A stretch of DNA of 64,000 nt from NCBI GenBank assembly GCA_965603825.1, contig CBFDEM010000033.1, positions 372,001 to 436,000 on the forward strand. Reading direction: 5' to 3'. Below are positions 12,830-24,160 of the stretch, piece by piece. Source of the stretch: Blepharisma stoltei ATCC 30299. Its lineage: Eukaryota > Protista > Ciliophora. Each line of letters starts with the position of its first letter. The stretch's first letter is position 1. Under the pieces are notes generated by a model. That model had not been told where the DNA came from and did no database searches. It saw only the letters and a program-made list of their open reading frames with translations. A program made the translations under genes and the position numbers.

Positions 12830-14434
12830 TTATATATTAATAATTTCACCCCTGCTTAAACCAAGCAAAGCCTTTTCATAAGTATCCGGCCAATGATCTT
12901 TAAAGAATCGCGAGGCCAATTGAATCCTTTTATACGACCCAGGGTTGATAAATCCTCCCAAAAACCTCAAATTTGAAGGTCTGTTATATACATATCTAAT
13001 TGATTCAGCGTGGTGCTTTTGATCATAAAGCTGATAAACTTTTCCAGCAGGCTGGAGCCAATTTTCATCTAATCCTTCATAAACCCTGTTAATAATTTCC
13101 ATTATTTCGATGCTATCACTAATATTAGAAGTGTGAGCAATTTTTGCAATATCTATTCAGCCTAAATCCTCTTCAGTTTTCAATCTCTTGATAACTTCAT
13201 ACAAATTAGAAATGCTGGTCAACGACAGCTCCGCTACAAAATCATATCCATGAATACAAGTCAAAATTCGATCTTTAAGAACTAAATTTAGAGACTCAGA
13301 AACTACACTTGGGCAGCCATAAGCAAAAGTTTTCGTTGGAATATTTTGAAAATTTTCATCACTCATTCATATTAGCGTTAGTAAGCTTGCAACTCCAGCC
13401 CCTAAGCTGTGGCCTGTAATAACCAAATCATAGTCTCTTAATTTTGCAAGTTCTTCCAAAATGACGGTTTTAATTGAGTCTGACAGATATTGCGCAGAAT
13501 TAAGCATCCCAAAATGTACCAGTCCTTTAATTCTCTCTTTTGTAGCATTATTCACATAAGTGTACTCTATGAACTCAGCTGTTAGATCAGTAAAAATGTC
13601 ATTAAGTGAAAAAGTTCCTCTTATAGTTAAAACAAGTGATTTTTTGCTGTGGTCTTTAGAAATAATATAGGCAGGCTCAAACTTTTCAGTGCCGAATCTG
13701 CATAAAATGATATCTTCATCTTCTATTTTACAGTGGTCTCGAAATACTTCACGATCAGGGAGCGATTTAAAAAAATCCCCAACTTGTCGTTTTAGCAATA
13801 TCCGAACAACCGTCTTCCCATATGCCGCAACTGCATATTTGCTGAAATAAACCATTTCTCCAATTGTTGGTTCTTCATGATTTATCCAATTAATAAATAT
13901 CCCATTAACTCTTCTCATTGCACCTTGCAAAGAAATATAAGTCAGCAGGTATTTAACAAAAGAAATCATTGACATTTCAGGGAATTCACGAGTGTTGTAT
14001 TTAATTAGTTTCGAAATTTCATAAATTGTTTGCATTTTTTCTGAAGAAATTATAGAATCTTGATATAGGCTAACTCCGTTTGAGGAGAAATAATTTTCAA
14101 CTTCCTGCTTTTCTTCGGCCAGAAGACTGTCAAAAGAATTGAGTCTTTCAATGAAAAGTTCGTAACTCCAAGAGATATTTGAATGCATGAATTTTTCGAT
14201 TTTGCTGGAAATAGATTTAATTTCGTTGCTAATCTGTATATGAATTACTGGCTTCGTACACTCAAATGTCACAGAATCTATAAGATTTATGGCGGACTGG
14301 ACAAAGGATCCTGCGTAGTAAACTCCTTTAAACATAGAAAAATGCGCTGCCTTCACTAATGGAAAACCGATTTCATCGACAACGAATGAGCCAGCAGATG
14401 CGATCCTGTGTCTGTTTCTCTTAAAGTCTTCCAT
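12830..14434 (-). CDS. Class 3 lipase (diacylglycerol-lipase-like)
   Basis: IRGTFS, VHFGM, GHSLGAG nucleophile, AYGCP, GYDFV; continuous through TGA at 13367-13369 and 13157-13159; possible stop-free intron 14234-14248. Confidence 0.88.
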
Positions 14435-14587
14435 TTATTTAGACTAATTCTATCTTATATAAAATAAATCTAGACAGTAATTTAATTTGAATATTAATTA
14501 TATTTTTATACATAATCGCCGTTATAATTACAAATATGTGAACAGATTTAATGTATCAATTTTAATAATTGTTACTCTAACTTAAAG

Positions 14588-15961
14588 TTACTCAATAGGT
14601 ATGTTCATTAGCTTATTAACTAGTTCCTTTGAAGTTTGAATGCAGTTTGGCACCCCACTTTTATAAATACTTTGCCCAGAGACATGCAGCCAAGATGGAG
14701 ATTTTTCTTCAATTTCTTGAACGATTTTATAATGTCCCACATTATATTGTGGCAATGCATTTTCACAAAAGCTTGAGACTACAGTTCTTGGGGTTTCTTT
14801 AATTCCTGTTTGCTTTTGAAACTCTTTTATAAACGCCTCCTGCAGTTCTGATGAACATTTATCGGCAGGGCCCATAATCGATAAGCATGGTTTTCGCAGA
14901 GGAAATTGTGAAGAATCATAGAGAACCCCTGATATAAGTGATTTTTGCCTTTTTGGAACTAAGTATCCTATCCCGCTCAAGCCAGGATTTTCTTCATAGC
15001 CTACGTTTATTGTTAGTATTGAGTTATGTGGAATTGTTTTACATAAATCTGAAATTCTGCTATATCCTTTTAATATGCTAGGGATTTGAAAAGAAGGAAT
15101 TGTGGTTATGACATGATCTACCTTATAAATTTCCTTTTTTTCATCCACAACTCTACCTCCTGCCATATCATTTTTTTCAATTGAAGCTACACCTAAAGGC
15201 ACATATTTGAAGTTTGGAAACCTTTGCAAATAATCAAGCAAAGCGTTTATAAAACTGCCTAAGCCATCTTTGAAGTTGAAAGCATTTGACCTCACTCCTA
15301 CAGCCCACCCATAAGCTTTTTCTATCTCAGGATCTTCATGGTGTTTTAGCTTCGGTCTTTTTTGTTCTGGAAAATTCATCTTCAAGAATGGCTCTGTAAA
15401 CGGAGAGCAAGACCTTGCTGAAAGCTTAGACATGTCTCCTGAATAAATTCCGGTCTGAAAAGCATCAAGAAATGTTGATATGAAGTACTCTCTATCCTCA
15501 TCATTCCAAAACTTGTACTTTTTCCTGGCAAAAGCTTCAATGCTTTCATCATCAACTTTTTCATATTTAGGTGACCTTTTAAAAAGTCAAGCACATATCG
15601 TACGTCTATAAAGTGGGTTGCCAAATATTGCAGAAATCTTGTATTTGTTTGATGGAAGTAATTCTATCATTTTATCATCTGCATAAATGCAAGCTTGAGT
15701 TCTTGACGTGCGGCTTAGTGCGACCTGGTCTAGCATTCCTACTCTGTGGATTATTTCAAATACGTCTCTTGCTTGTGGAGATACTCTTATAGACCTTGGG
15801 CCTGTCTCAAATATGAAATTATCTTTTGTCATTGTTTGAATCCATCCGCCTGGCTTTGATTTCTCAAATAATGTTACTTGCAACTCAGGATTAAGCAGAG
15901 TTAAGTAATAACATGTAGAAAGTCCTGATATTCCTGCTCCAACTACAGCAACTCTCTTCAT
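14588..15961 (-). CDS. PPOX: Protoporphyrinogen oxidase (HemY/PPOX)
   Basis: VVGAGISGL FAD motif, GGWI, FETGPRS; after TGA (15587-15589) DESIEAFARK...GIYSGDMSKLS; ALPQYNVGH, GVPNCI. Confidence 0.93.
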
Positions 15962-15985
15962 ATTATTTATTTATTTACTGATTAT

Positions 15986-17368
15986 TTAGTCATCTCCTAA
16001 AAATTCATTGCGGTCTAGCTCGTCTTGTGGAGGCGCCACAACCACTTTTTCAACGATTTTCTCTGGCAGTTTGCTCTTAGGCATTGGCTGCCTCCCTACT
16101 TTTCTAATTTTAGGGTTTGCAGACCTTTCCATGTATTTTTGAAGCTTATCTTGAGTTTTTTTCTTTTCTTTGATTAATGTCTCATTTCTTGATTTCTCTC
16201 TGCGGTTTTTTTCTAAATCAATTGCTTTTTTGGTGACATATTCAGGGTCAATTTGATCAAATTCTTTAAAAATCCTTAAATAAGTATCAAGTCTATACTC
16301 AACCTCAGTTAGCAACCCTAAACAATCTTGTTGACCTTCGTCTGCTTCTAATCCAAGGACATCTCTAGTGGTTTGTTCAAGCCTTACCAAAACTGGATGC
16401 CCAGACAATTCGTTTTCCATAGTTTTTTTCAGCCTTCCATCTAATTGTATACATCTTTTATCCTTTTCTTCAATAGCTTTTCCTAGCTCTGATCTTCCCC
16501 CAGTGAGTTCTGACAGCTTATGCCCAGTTAATTTTTCAATATTTTCAAACTCATGTTTTGCCTGTTCCAAGTTCTGTTCAAGCTCTTGTATATTTTGGAT
16601 CAAAATCAAGTTATTTTCTACATACCCATGAAAAATATCGGTTAGCTGCTCTGAGTTTTGGAAATGGTTACCTGAACCTTCTTCATGCGGCTCTACTTTG
16701 TCGAGGAATTCTTTATACTTTGTATATTCTTCAAGGCTTTCTTCATGTTTTTGTATCTGAGTTTGAAGCTGTTGAATTTCTTCATTGAGATGGTTAATAT
16801 CATGAGTAATATCAATTTTTATTTTATTCAGCTTTTTCGCCTCTTTCATTGCATCATGACTTTGCCGCTTGCATTCATCCCAGTATTCATTGAATCTTGT
16901 AGTATCTTCAATAAGCATATCTTCTGAATTTTTTAGCCCATATTCTCTTAGTAATGCAAATTGTTCAAGCTTCTTAATTTCTTCCTTTTTAATATCAATC
17001 ATCATTTGTAGCAAGAACATTTCTCTTTTCTTTTCAATTGTTTTGTGGATGTTCTCTCGAGCTCTTACACGATCTGCAACTAATGCTGCGTGTGCGGCTT
17101 CTGCAACTGTTACTTTTTCTTCAACAGGAGTTGAACTTATTTCAATTTCTTCTATTTTTCGTAATGCTCCTGCGCGGTTGTATTTGGTTCCTTTCTCTCA
17201 GATTTTTTGTCCTCTAGTTTTTACTCGATCCTCTTTTTCTTTTGCTTTGATTTCGCGAATGTTGAGGATTTCTTCGTCTGGAGGAACTTTGAAAGGATTT
17301 TCATGTCCAGTGTCAAACATACTTGATCTAAGAGGAGGCAAAGAATTCTTGGAATCTAAAGTATCCAT
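15986..17368 (-). CDS. CFAP100: Cilia/flagella-associated coiled-coil protein, CFAP100 (CCDC37/38, DUF4200)-like
   Basis: ATG 17368, NPFKVPPDEEI, KI(TGA 17198-17200)EK, KKREMFLLQMMIDIKKEEIKKL, EDTTRFNEY, ENNLILIQNIQELE, RKVGRQPMPKS. Confidence 0.8.
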
Positions 17369-17829
17369 GGTGCTTTTAACAGATTTAAATTACTCTTAAT
17401 AAGTAAAAATTAAATGTGAATATTTTGATATAGATCAAATGCAGACTCTTATTGCATTATTGCATAAGCATATTTTTAACGTGTCTAAATTTCAGTTCAA
17501 TTATCTGAGAATGTAAACTTATTTTTTGATTAGATCACAAAAATTTTAATAAAAAAATTAAATTATATTAAAGCGAAAAATTCTGAAGGTGCTATTTATA
17601 TTCAAATAACTATGCAAAAAAATTTCTTCATTTAATTTTAAATAATTCTTTCTGATCTCTAAAAACTCGCATATCCATTATAATTTTTCAGTCTAATATC
17701 GCTGATCTAGAATTCTCTCACAAAGGGAGCCTTATTTCATATCTAGCTTAATCTCTATAAGCTTCACTAACTATCCGTTAAGAAAATTGCGCATTGAATT
17801 TATTGTTATGATTATTGATAATTTCGATT

Positions 17830-18864
17830 ATGAAGGGAGTTTTCTGTCCAGTCTTTCACCCCACAAAGGAAGAAATGAAAGATTTCCAAGGGTATATAGA
17901 GAAAGTTGAAGGTTTGTCCGAAGGATTCGGGATGGTAAAAGTAGTGCCTCCTGAAGGCTGGAAAGCCCGAAAAAGAGGATACAAAGATATAAATGTCCAA
18001 TTAACAAACCCAATTCGTCAGCATGTTCGAGGTCTCGCCGGTATATACAGCGTTTATCTCATCTCTGAAAAGTCAATGGACCTAGATTCGTACCGAAACT
18101 ATGCAATTTCTAGAGATCCCAAGCAGAATCTCTCAGACGAAGAAATAGAAATGCTTGTAATTTTTATGCAGTTTTGGAAGCAAATCCGGTATGATTCTCC
18201 TATCTATGGTGCTGATAGCAATGCTGAGACCTTATTTGACTCAGATAGTGAGTGGAATTTGTCACAGCTTGATACAACACTATCGTAATTCATATTCAGA
18301 AAAGGGCTGCATCCTTATAAATTAGCTGGAATTAATATGCCATTTATTTATGCAGGTTGCTGGAAAAGTATGTTTTGCTGGCACAAAGAGGATATGGACC
18401 TTTACTCTATTAATTATCTGCATTTTGGGAAGCCGAAGTTCTGGTACTGTATCCCACTAGAGGAATCTGAAAGATTTGAGCGTTTCTGCCAGTTTCATTT
18501 TCATGATGACTATATAGCATGCCCAGAATTTCTCAGACATAAATCTATACAAATATCACCGTCAATACTGAAAAAAGCTGGAATCAATGTCCAAAAAGTG
18601 GTTCAGCGACCTGGAGAATACGTCGTGATTTTCGCTAAAGCGTATCATATGGGCTTCAACTCAGGATTCAACTGTGCTGAAGCAGTCAACTTTGCAACAC
18701 CAAAATGGCTTGATATTGCTTCAAACGTTTCACGATGCCTATGCGATCCGGATACTGTGAAAATTGATATGGATGAGTTTAAGGCTAAACTAGAAGAATA
18801 TGAAAATAGATCAACAAAGAGAAAATCAGAGCCGAGAAAAAGACAAAAAGTTAGAGCGAATTAG
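17830..18864 (+). CDS. KDM4: JmjN-JmjC histone lysine demethylase, KDM4-like (3 exons)
   Basis: JmjN PVFHPTKEEMKDF...GMVKVVPP; JmjC FCWHKEDMDLYSINYLHFGKPKFWY, AYHMGFNSGFNCAEAVNFA; introns 18157-18171 and 18285-18299. Confidence 0.92.
18157..18171 (+). other. 15-nt stop-free intron GTAATTTTTATGCAG
   Basis: Matches the intron consensus; removal gives EIEMLFWKQI...PIYGAD with KDM4 spacing (ELERKYWKNL...PIYGAD). Confidence 0.78.
18285..18299 (+). other. 15-nt intron GTAATTCATATTCAG
   Basis: In-frame TAA; joins the two KDM4 ORFs. Confidence 0.9.
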
Positions 18865-18907
18865 ATGATTTTTATAAATTAAGAAATTTTTAACGAAAGT
18901 GATTTAT

Positions 18908-19801
18908 TTATGATTTTTCTTTTCTGTATTCTCCTCTATCTCCTCCTCGCTTTCCTCCTCTATTTCCTCTTCCGACTTTTTCCTTTTTGGCTTCTTTCTC
19001 GTTGCTCTTGTGAGGTCTTGGTTTTTTCTTTGTGACTTCTACGAATCCATCATTTTCATCGGCAGGCTCATCTTTGGTTTCTTCATCTAATTTGCTCCAA
19101 GTTGACTCTACAACTTTCACGGTCTGCACCTTAGCTTCTTCTTTGGCTGCAGAAGGAGCACTTGGAATTGTTTCTTTGCTTGCTACTTCATTAGGAATAA
19201 TTTTTTCTGCTGGGGCTTCAACTATATCTGCTGGCTTGCTTTGTGCGGAGGACCATTGAAATGCATTATTTGCAAAATCAGACAAACTTCTATAAGTTCT
19301 CAGTGTCCCCGGGGCGACTTTTTCGCTTCTTTTTGCAAAAAGGTCTAAAGAGCGCTTGAAATTTCCATAGATATCTATGAATTTTTCACCAGTTTCGCCT
19401 TGACTGAGTGAATGGAAGCTTAAAAATGGTTCCAAATCACACTCTCCATGGTTAGATTTTTTGAACATTTCCTTGACTTTCGGTGATCTTAAGAATTCTC
19501 CCAAAATCCAAAGCCTAATGATTTCATCAGACCTGTCTTCTTCAACTTTCTGTGTAGGAGGCTTTATATCTTTTTTAGGGGTTTGGTTTGTGGTTTGGTA
19601 AAACTCAATTGATCGCTCAATTTCTGCTAAAAAGTCCTCAGTTTGAGCCTTGGATTCAATCATTTTACGCTCTTCCTCGTTCATCTCCTTGCCAGAAACT
19701 TTGAGTTCTCCTTCTTTTTTTTGAATTCTTTCAAGTTTTTTGATGAGATTTCTTTTTCTTTTCTGGAGAGCTGAGAGGAAGTCGTCCTGATTTGACTCCA
19801 T
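18908..19801 (-). CDS. Coiled-coil protein with C-terminal RGG region (caprin-like N-terminus, tentative)
   Basis: 297-aa ATG-TAA ORF; KRKRNLIKKLERI...GKEMNEEERKMI helix; tail GRGNRGGKRGGDRG. Confidence 0.7.
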   Translation of the reverse strand: MESNQDDFLSALQKRKRNLIKKLERIQKKEGELKVSGKEMNEEERKMIESKAQTEDFLAEIERSIEFYQTTNQTPKKDIKPPTQKVEEDRSDEIIRLWILGEFLRSPKVKEMFKKSNHGECDLEPFLSFHSLSQGETGEKFIDIYGNFKRSLDLFAKRSEKVAPGTLRTYRSLSDFANNAFQWSSAQSKPADIVEAPAEKIIPNEVASKETIPSAPSAAKEEAKVQTVKVVESTWSKLDEETKDEPADENDGFVEVTKKKPRPHKSNEKEAKKEKVGRGNRGGKRGGDRGEYRKEKS

Positions 19802-20012
19802 TACTATTATTATCCATATTGGATTTATTGAGAATTCAGTGTGCTTTGAAGCAATTTTTATTAATTTTATGGATGGGATAGGGAGTTAAGGGCAATATTT
19901 TTATGCAATGTTTAACTATTGAAATTAATAAAAGAAATAAAATAAAAAATTAGACCACATATTAAGATTTTGGTAGAACTAAAATACTAACGCCTTGTAA
20001 TAATTACATTAA

Positions 20013-21557
20013 ATGGCAGATATAAGTTTCACTTCATATCTCAATCGAAATATTGAAGAGCTTAATGTCAAGATTAAAACTGCTTCTGTAACCTTTATGT
20101 AGTTTATAACCTCCTCTCTTGATTTTTCAACATCAAAAATAATACAAAAAATTAGACAACGCAAACTTATAATTGCAGAGCAACAAGATGTGACTAGCAT
20201 CATCAACAAACACTCATCAAAAATTGATAGTCAAGTAGAAAAAATGAACAAAAGCAGACTTGAGCATGCAAAAATCCAAAAAGAGCTTCTGACAAGGCGG
20301 TTAGAAGACTTGGACAGCTCCATTAAAATGTTGGAAACTTCCAACGACTCCAACATTTCACCCAAAAAAACTCAACAAAAATATGAGCTTGATGAAGACT
20401 CAGAAAGGAAAATAAAAGATTTTAAAGCATTAGCTAAAAGACTCCAAAGAGAAAAAGAAATGAGAAGACTGATGAAAGAAAAAGACCAGTCATATTATCA
20501 TTTAAAACTTATTGCAGAAGCCGAAGAAGCTCGAAGAATTGAAATCGAAAATGAAGAAATGTGAAAAATCAATAAGCAAAAGCAAATTGAGGAATTAAAA
20601 GAAAAGGCAAGAATTCGCAAAGAAGAGCTGGAACATCAAAAACAAATTTTCAGAGAAAAATCGCCTGATTTTTCAAAGCCATTCTACATAGTCATGGAAG
20701 AAAAATATAAAAATGAAATTGAAATGCCTGAGCTTGAAAAACGGAAAATAGAATTAGCTAAAAAAAGACAGCAGGTTCAGCCAATTAGCCTAGAAGAGAT
20801 ATTAGACCATGCGAAAAAATATAAAGAAATTACTAAAGAAGCTCAATTAAGAAGAGAAAGAGAAAAGCATAAGTGAGGAATGGATAATTCAATTCAGTCA
20901 TTTACAACTCCATCAAGAACACAGACTTATTACGATAGTGAAAGTAAGGAAGAAGAATTAAAAAGGGATCATGATGAAAGGCTGAAAAAAAGAGAAAAAC
21001 AGAAAAGGTATGGAGAAATCGTAAGGGAACTGTTTTACCCTACTATAGATGAGAAGAAGCGATTTGAAATACAAAAAATAAAGGATCGGCTAAATCTACC
21101 AAAAATTCTAAAGCCTATAAAAGAGTCAACTTATGAAAAATTGAACAGAAGCACTGATGCAATACAAGGGATAGAGAAAAAGCCAAAGAAAGTGAAAAAA
21201 GAAAGAAATATATCAGAGCATGTAAGCAAAACTCCTGACGTAAAATCCAAAACTATTGTTGTTGATTATCTAGCTGAAAGAAGGGCAGAAAAATCGCATC
21301 TTGAGCATGATCTACACAGATTATTTACAAAGCAAGAAGTTCATTGAAATGACGATTTTTCTGACATCCCATTTGCTGAAAAAGCAAAGCTTATTAAGGA
21401 AAAATCAAAATCAATTGAAAAGACAGCAAGAATGCATGAAATCCTTGCAAAATCAACATCTCCAACCCATCCTGAAGCTCTGAAAATTGAAGAGCACATC
21501 AATGAAATGCTCCTTCAAGCTGTTCGAGCTAAATTAAATTTAATCAGCAGTGCATAA
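20013..21557 (+). CDS. Charged coiled-coil hypothetical protein
   Basis: ATG 20013, intron 20088-20102, TGA read-through at 20562, 20874 and 21345, TAA at 21555-21557; one frame. Confidence 0.78.
20088..20102 (+). other. 15-nt intron GTAACCTTTATGTAG
   Basis: In-frame TAG; frame open on both sides. Confidence 0.8.
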
Positions 21558-21582
21558 TAAAGCTATTTCATTAATTTGTAGC

Positions 21583-22215
21583 CTAGCAACAATTTGGTTG
21601 TTTTTTCTCTTCTTTCACAGCTAAGTTCAATTTTGGCCTCGGAATAGGCTGGAAGCCGCTTTCTCTTCGTTTTTTTAATAATTCTCTAGCAATAGTTGTG
21701 AATGCTAAATCAACCTGGTAAGCTGTTTTGGCGCTAGTTTCAACATAATTGATGCCGTATTGCTGGGCTTTTCTTTCTCCTTCACTTGTCTCGACAGCTG
21801 AAGTTTCATCTGATTTATTTCCAATTAATAATTTCACAGAACTTTCATGGGCGTATCTATTGACTTCTTCCATCCACGAGTCCACATTATTGAAGCTGCC
21901 TCTATTGGTTTTATCAAAAACTACAATTAATCCGTCTGAGCCTCTATAATAAGCAGTTGTGATTGTTCTAAATCTTTCTTGGCCTGCAGTGTCCCACTAT
22001 ATTAAAATTACAATTTGAAGTTTGACTGATGTGCCATCAATATCTAAGGTTCGGAATCGAAAGTCAACGCCGATCGTGGTTAAATAACTTTCTGTAAAAG
22101 TATCGTCAGCAAACCGGACAATGATGCAGGATTTCCCAACGCCAGAGTCACCAATTATAACAAGCTTGAAAAGGTAGTCACTATTTAAATCTTACTATTC
22201 TCTTCGAATTGCCAT
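21583..22215 (-). CDS. RAB1: Rab1-family small GTPase (3 exons)
   Basis: MAIRREY^[26 protein letters not shown]^[24 protein letters not shown]-terminal CC. Confidence 0.92.
21997..22011 (-). other. 15-nt intron GTAATTTTAATATAG (Rab intron 2)
   Basis: Removal restores the invariant LQIWDTAGQE. Confidence 0.95.
22181..22195 (-). other. 15-nt intron GTAAGATTTAAATAG (Rab intron 1)
   Basis: Removal restores EYDYLFK. Confidence 0.92.
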
Positions 22216-22329
22216 TATGATTTTATTCTAAAGAAAAAACTAAGACAAATAAGAACTAATATCTCTACATTATTTGTAAATAATTACTTGAGTTATGCTT
22301 TAATAAGACTTATATGAGATTAATATTTA

Positions 22330-23385
22330 ATGGAGTCAAGCAATACTCTAAAGCTGAATTCAGAAGCAACTGAATTTGTACCCGGAGGAAATCCTCCCCC
22401 ATCCACCCAGCCAGTTCCTCCAGTTGAAGCTGTGCCATCCCCAGAAGCTCAAGTATCAGACTCTTTAGCAAATGAGCATTATAAATACGATGACAGGATC
22501 TTCCAAGGCAAATACGGCAACATAAATGTGCTCACAAAAACACAGCTTCTGTGCTTCAATCCAGCTGAAGAGAAATGGTACATCCATTCTACAATTTCTG
22601 AAAGTAAAATTATCAAACCTGAAAAATATTGCAGCATTTGTATGATAGATGGAACAACCTTCGTCATGACAGGTGGACTATGCAAAGGAGTAGCTCAATG
22701 TACAGCAACCAAAGTCCAAATCAGCACAAGTTATGAAGGAGGCAGAATTGAAGAAGTCACTCCATATACAAGGCTTGTAGAAGGTCGATATCTCCATTCT
22801 TCAGTCGTCTATAAAGGCACACTTTATATTTTGGGAGGCCAATCCTCGCCATCTGTGTTTTTAAACACTGTTGAAAGCTATAAAGAAAATATCTGGCAAA
22901 TCATGCCCCCTATGAACAAAGCTAGGTCAACATTTACAGCTTTTGCCTCACATAATGGAATTTACGTAGCAGGAGGCTTTGAAGGAGCCAATCTATTATC
23001 TGGAGGAATTGAGAAATTCACAGATGAATTGAACCGCTGGGATTTAATTAATACAGAAATTCCGATGCTTGCTGGAATGACCCTGACTTCATGTGATAAC
23101 TTTAATACAGGAGTTCTTTTATTCGGAGGAAGTGATGGTAATGAAATATCAAATAGAATAGTCGAATTCAATACAGAAACCAATGCACAAAGGGTAAGAG
23201 AACAAACACTAGTTTTCCCAAGGGCAAGAGCTTTGGCTTATAAGAAATATGACAAAATCTGGATCTTCGGAGGAGGGGTCAATGTTGGTGAAGAATTTGA
23301 TAAAACAGTTGTGAAAGCACTGGAATATGGAATCCCTATCAACACTTATGAGCAGCTCTCAGCACCTTTCTTCATCAAGAATTAG
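22330..23385 (+). CDS. Kelch-repeat beta-propeller protein with N-terminal PAM2-like motif
   Basis: Repeated hydrophobic-GG...Y/F...W Kelch units (LYILGG, IYVAGG, LLFGG, IWIFGG); LNSEATEFVP at residues 9-18. Confidence 0.88.
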   Translation: MESSNTLKLNSEATEFVPGGNPPPSTQPVPPVEAVPSPEAQVSDSLANEHYKYDDRIFQGKYGNINVLTKTQLLCFNPAEEKWYIHSTISESKIIKPEKYCSICMIDGTTFVMTGGLCKGVAQCTATKVQISTSYEGGRIEEVTPYTRLVEGRYLHSSVVYKGTLYILGGQSSPSVFLNTVESYKENIWQIMPPMNKARSTFTAFASHNGIYVAGGFEGANLLSGGIEKFTDELNRWDLINTEIPMLAGMTLTSCDNFNTGVLLFGGSDGNEISNRIVEFNTETNAQRVREQTLVFPRARALAYKKYDKIWIFGGGVNVGEEFDKTVVKALEYGIPINTYEQLSAPFFIKN

Positions 23386-23433
23386 AAAGCTTAGTAAGTA
23401 ATAGTTACAATTCTTATTAAAGTAGAAATAAAA

Positions 23434-23979
23434 ATGTTTTGCTGTATTCCATCTCCAGTGCCTGAAAATCCTTCCCCACAAGCAATCAAGCTTTTCCGCA
23501 TACTAAAAGTGCTCGTGATCATTCAAGTCATGCTTGGGATCTTTAATATGTTTGTAGATATATGATCAGGTTTTCTTTTACTTATAGGAGCAAGCATTTT
23601 GTATATGATTACCTGTTCGAGAAATTGATGCACATGCGTGTTTTATATTGTGCTTTGTATGATGGATATTATGACTTGTATAATGTTAGTCGGGGACTAT
23701 TTTTGCGACCATAGCAAGATTGAAGGAGATCATGGTGTTATGGTATTTTTCTCGATGATTAAATTTCCTTTTTACGCGATTTCTATATTCTATACATTTT
23801 TGAGCTACCGAGAGCTAAAAGGTTAGAAATATTTAGGGCTGTTTATTGAAGTTACAGAAGGAGGAGCGCTGGGAATGTCTCAGCTCAATATGCCAGTTCA
23901 AGCGTGGCAAAATGCAAGAGATCAACCTAGGGCACCAGAGCAGCAACCATTCCAAGGTACTGGATACAGGCTTGGCTAA
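23434..23979 (+). CDS. Small four-TM membrane protein with C-terminal SHP box
   Basis: ATG 23434, TGA=W at 23563 and 23626, intron 23822-23836, ends PFQGTGYRLG-TAA. Confidence 0.78.
23822..23836 (+). other. 15-nt intron GTTAGAAATATTTAG (GTT donor variant)
   Basis: In-frame TAG; A at position 10; removal yields the SHP-box tail. Confidence 0.75.
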
Positions 23980-24160
23980 ATTCACAGTTGTAATAGAATG
24001 ATTAGTAAATTTCTCTAATCAGCGATTCTTAATTAAAAACCAATATGGAGAAGTCTATTTTTAGTCTGAAAATATATAATTATGCATTTATTTAAATGAA
24101 ATTCTAAAATATCTTAAAAATATAAAATATTCTAAAGATCATAAACTTTAGTAATTTAAT

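Noticed and set aside
16368-17399. Antisense and alternative-frame ORFs in the track (e.g. 16869-17399+, 3262-3648-, 5402-5689-, 61051-61380-)
   Set aside because: Shadow ORFs opposite well-supported genes, with Ser/Phe/Leu-rich composition and no motifs
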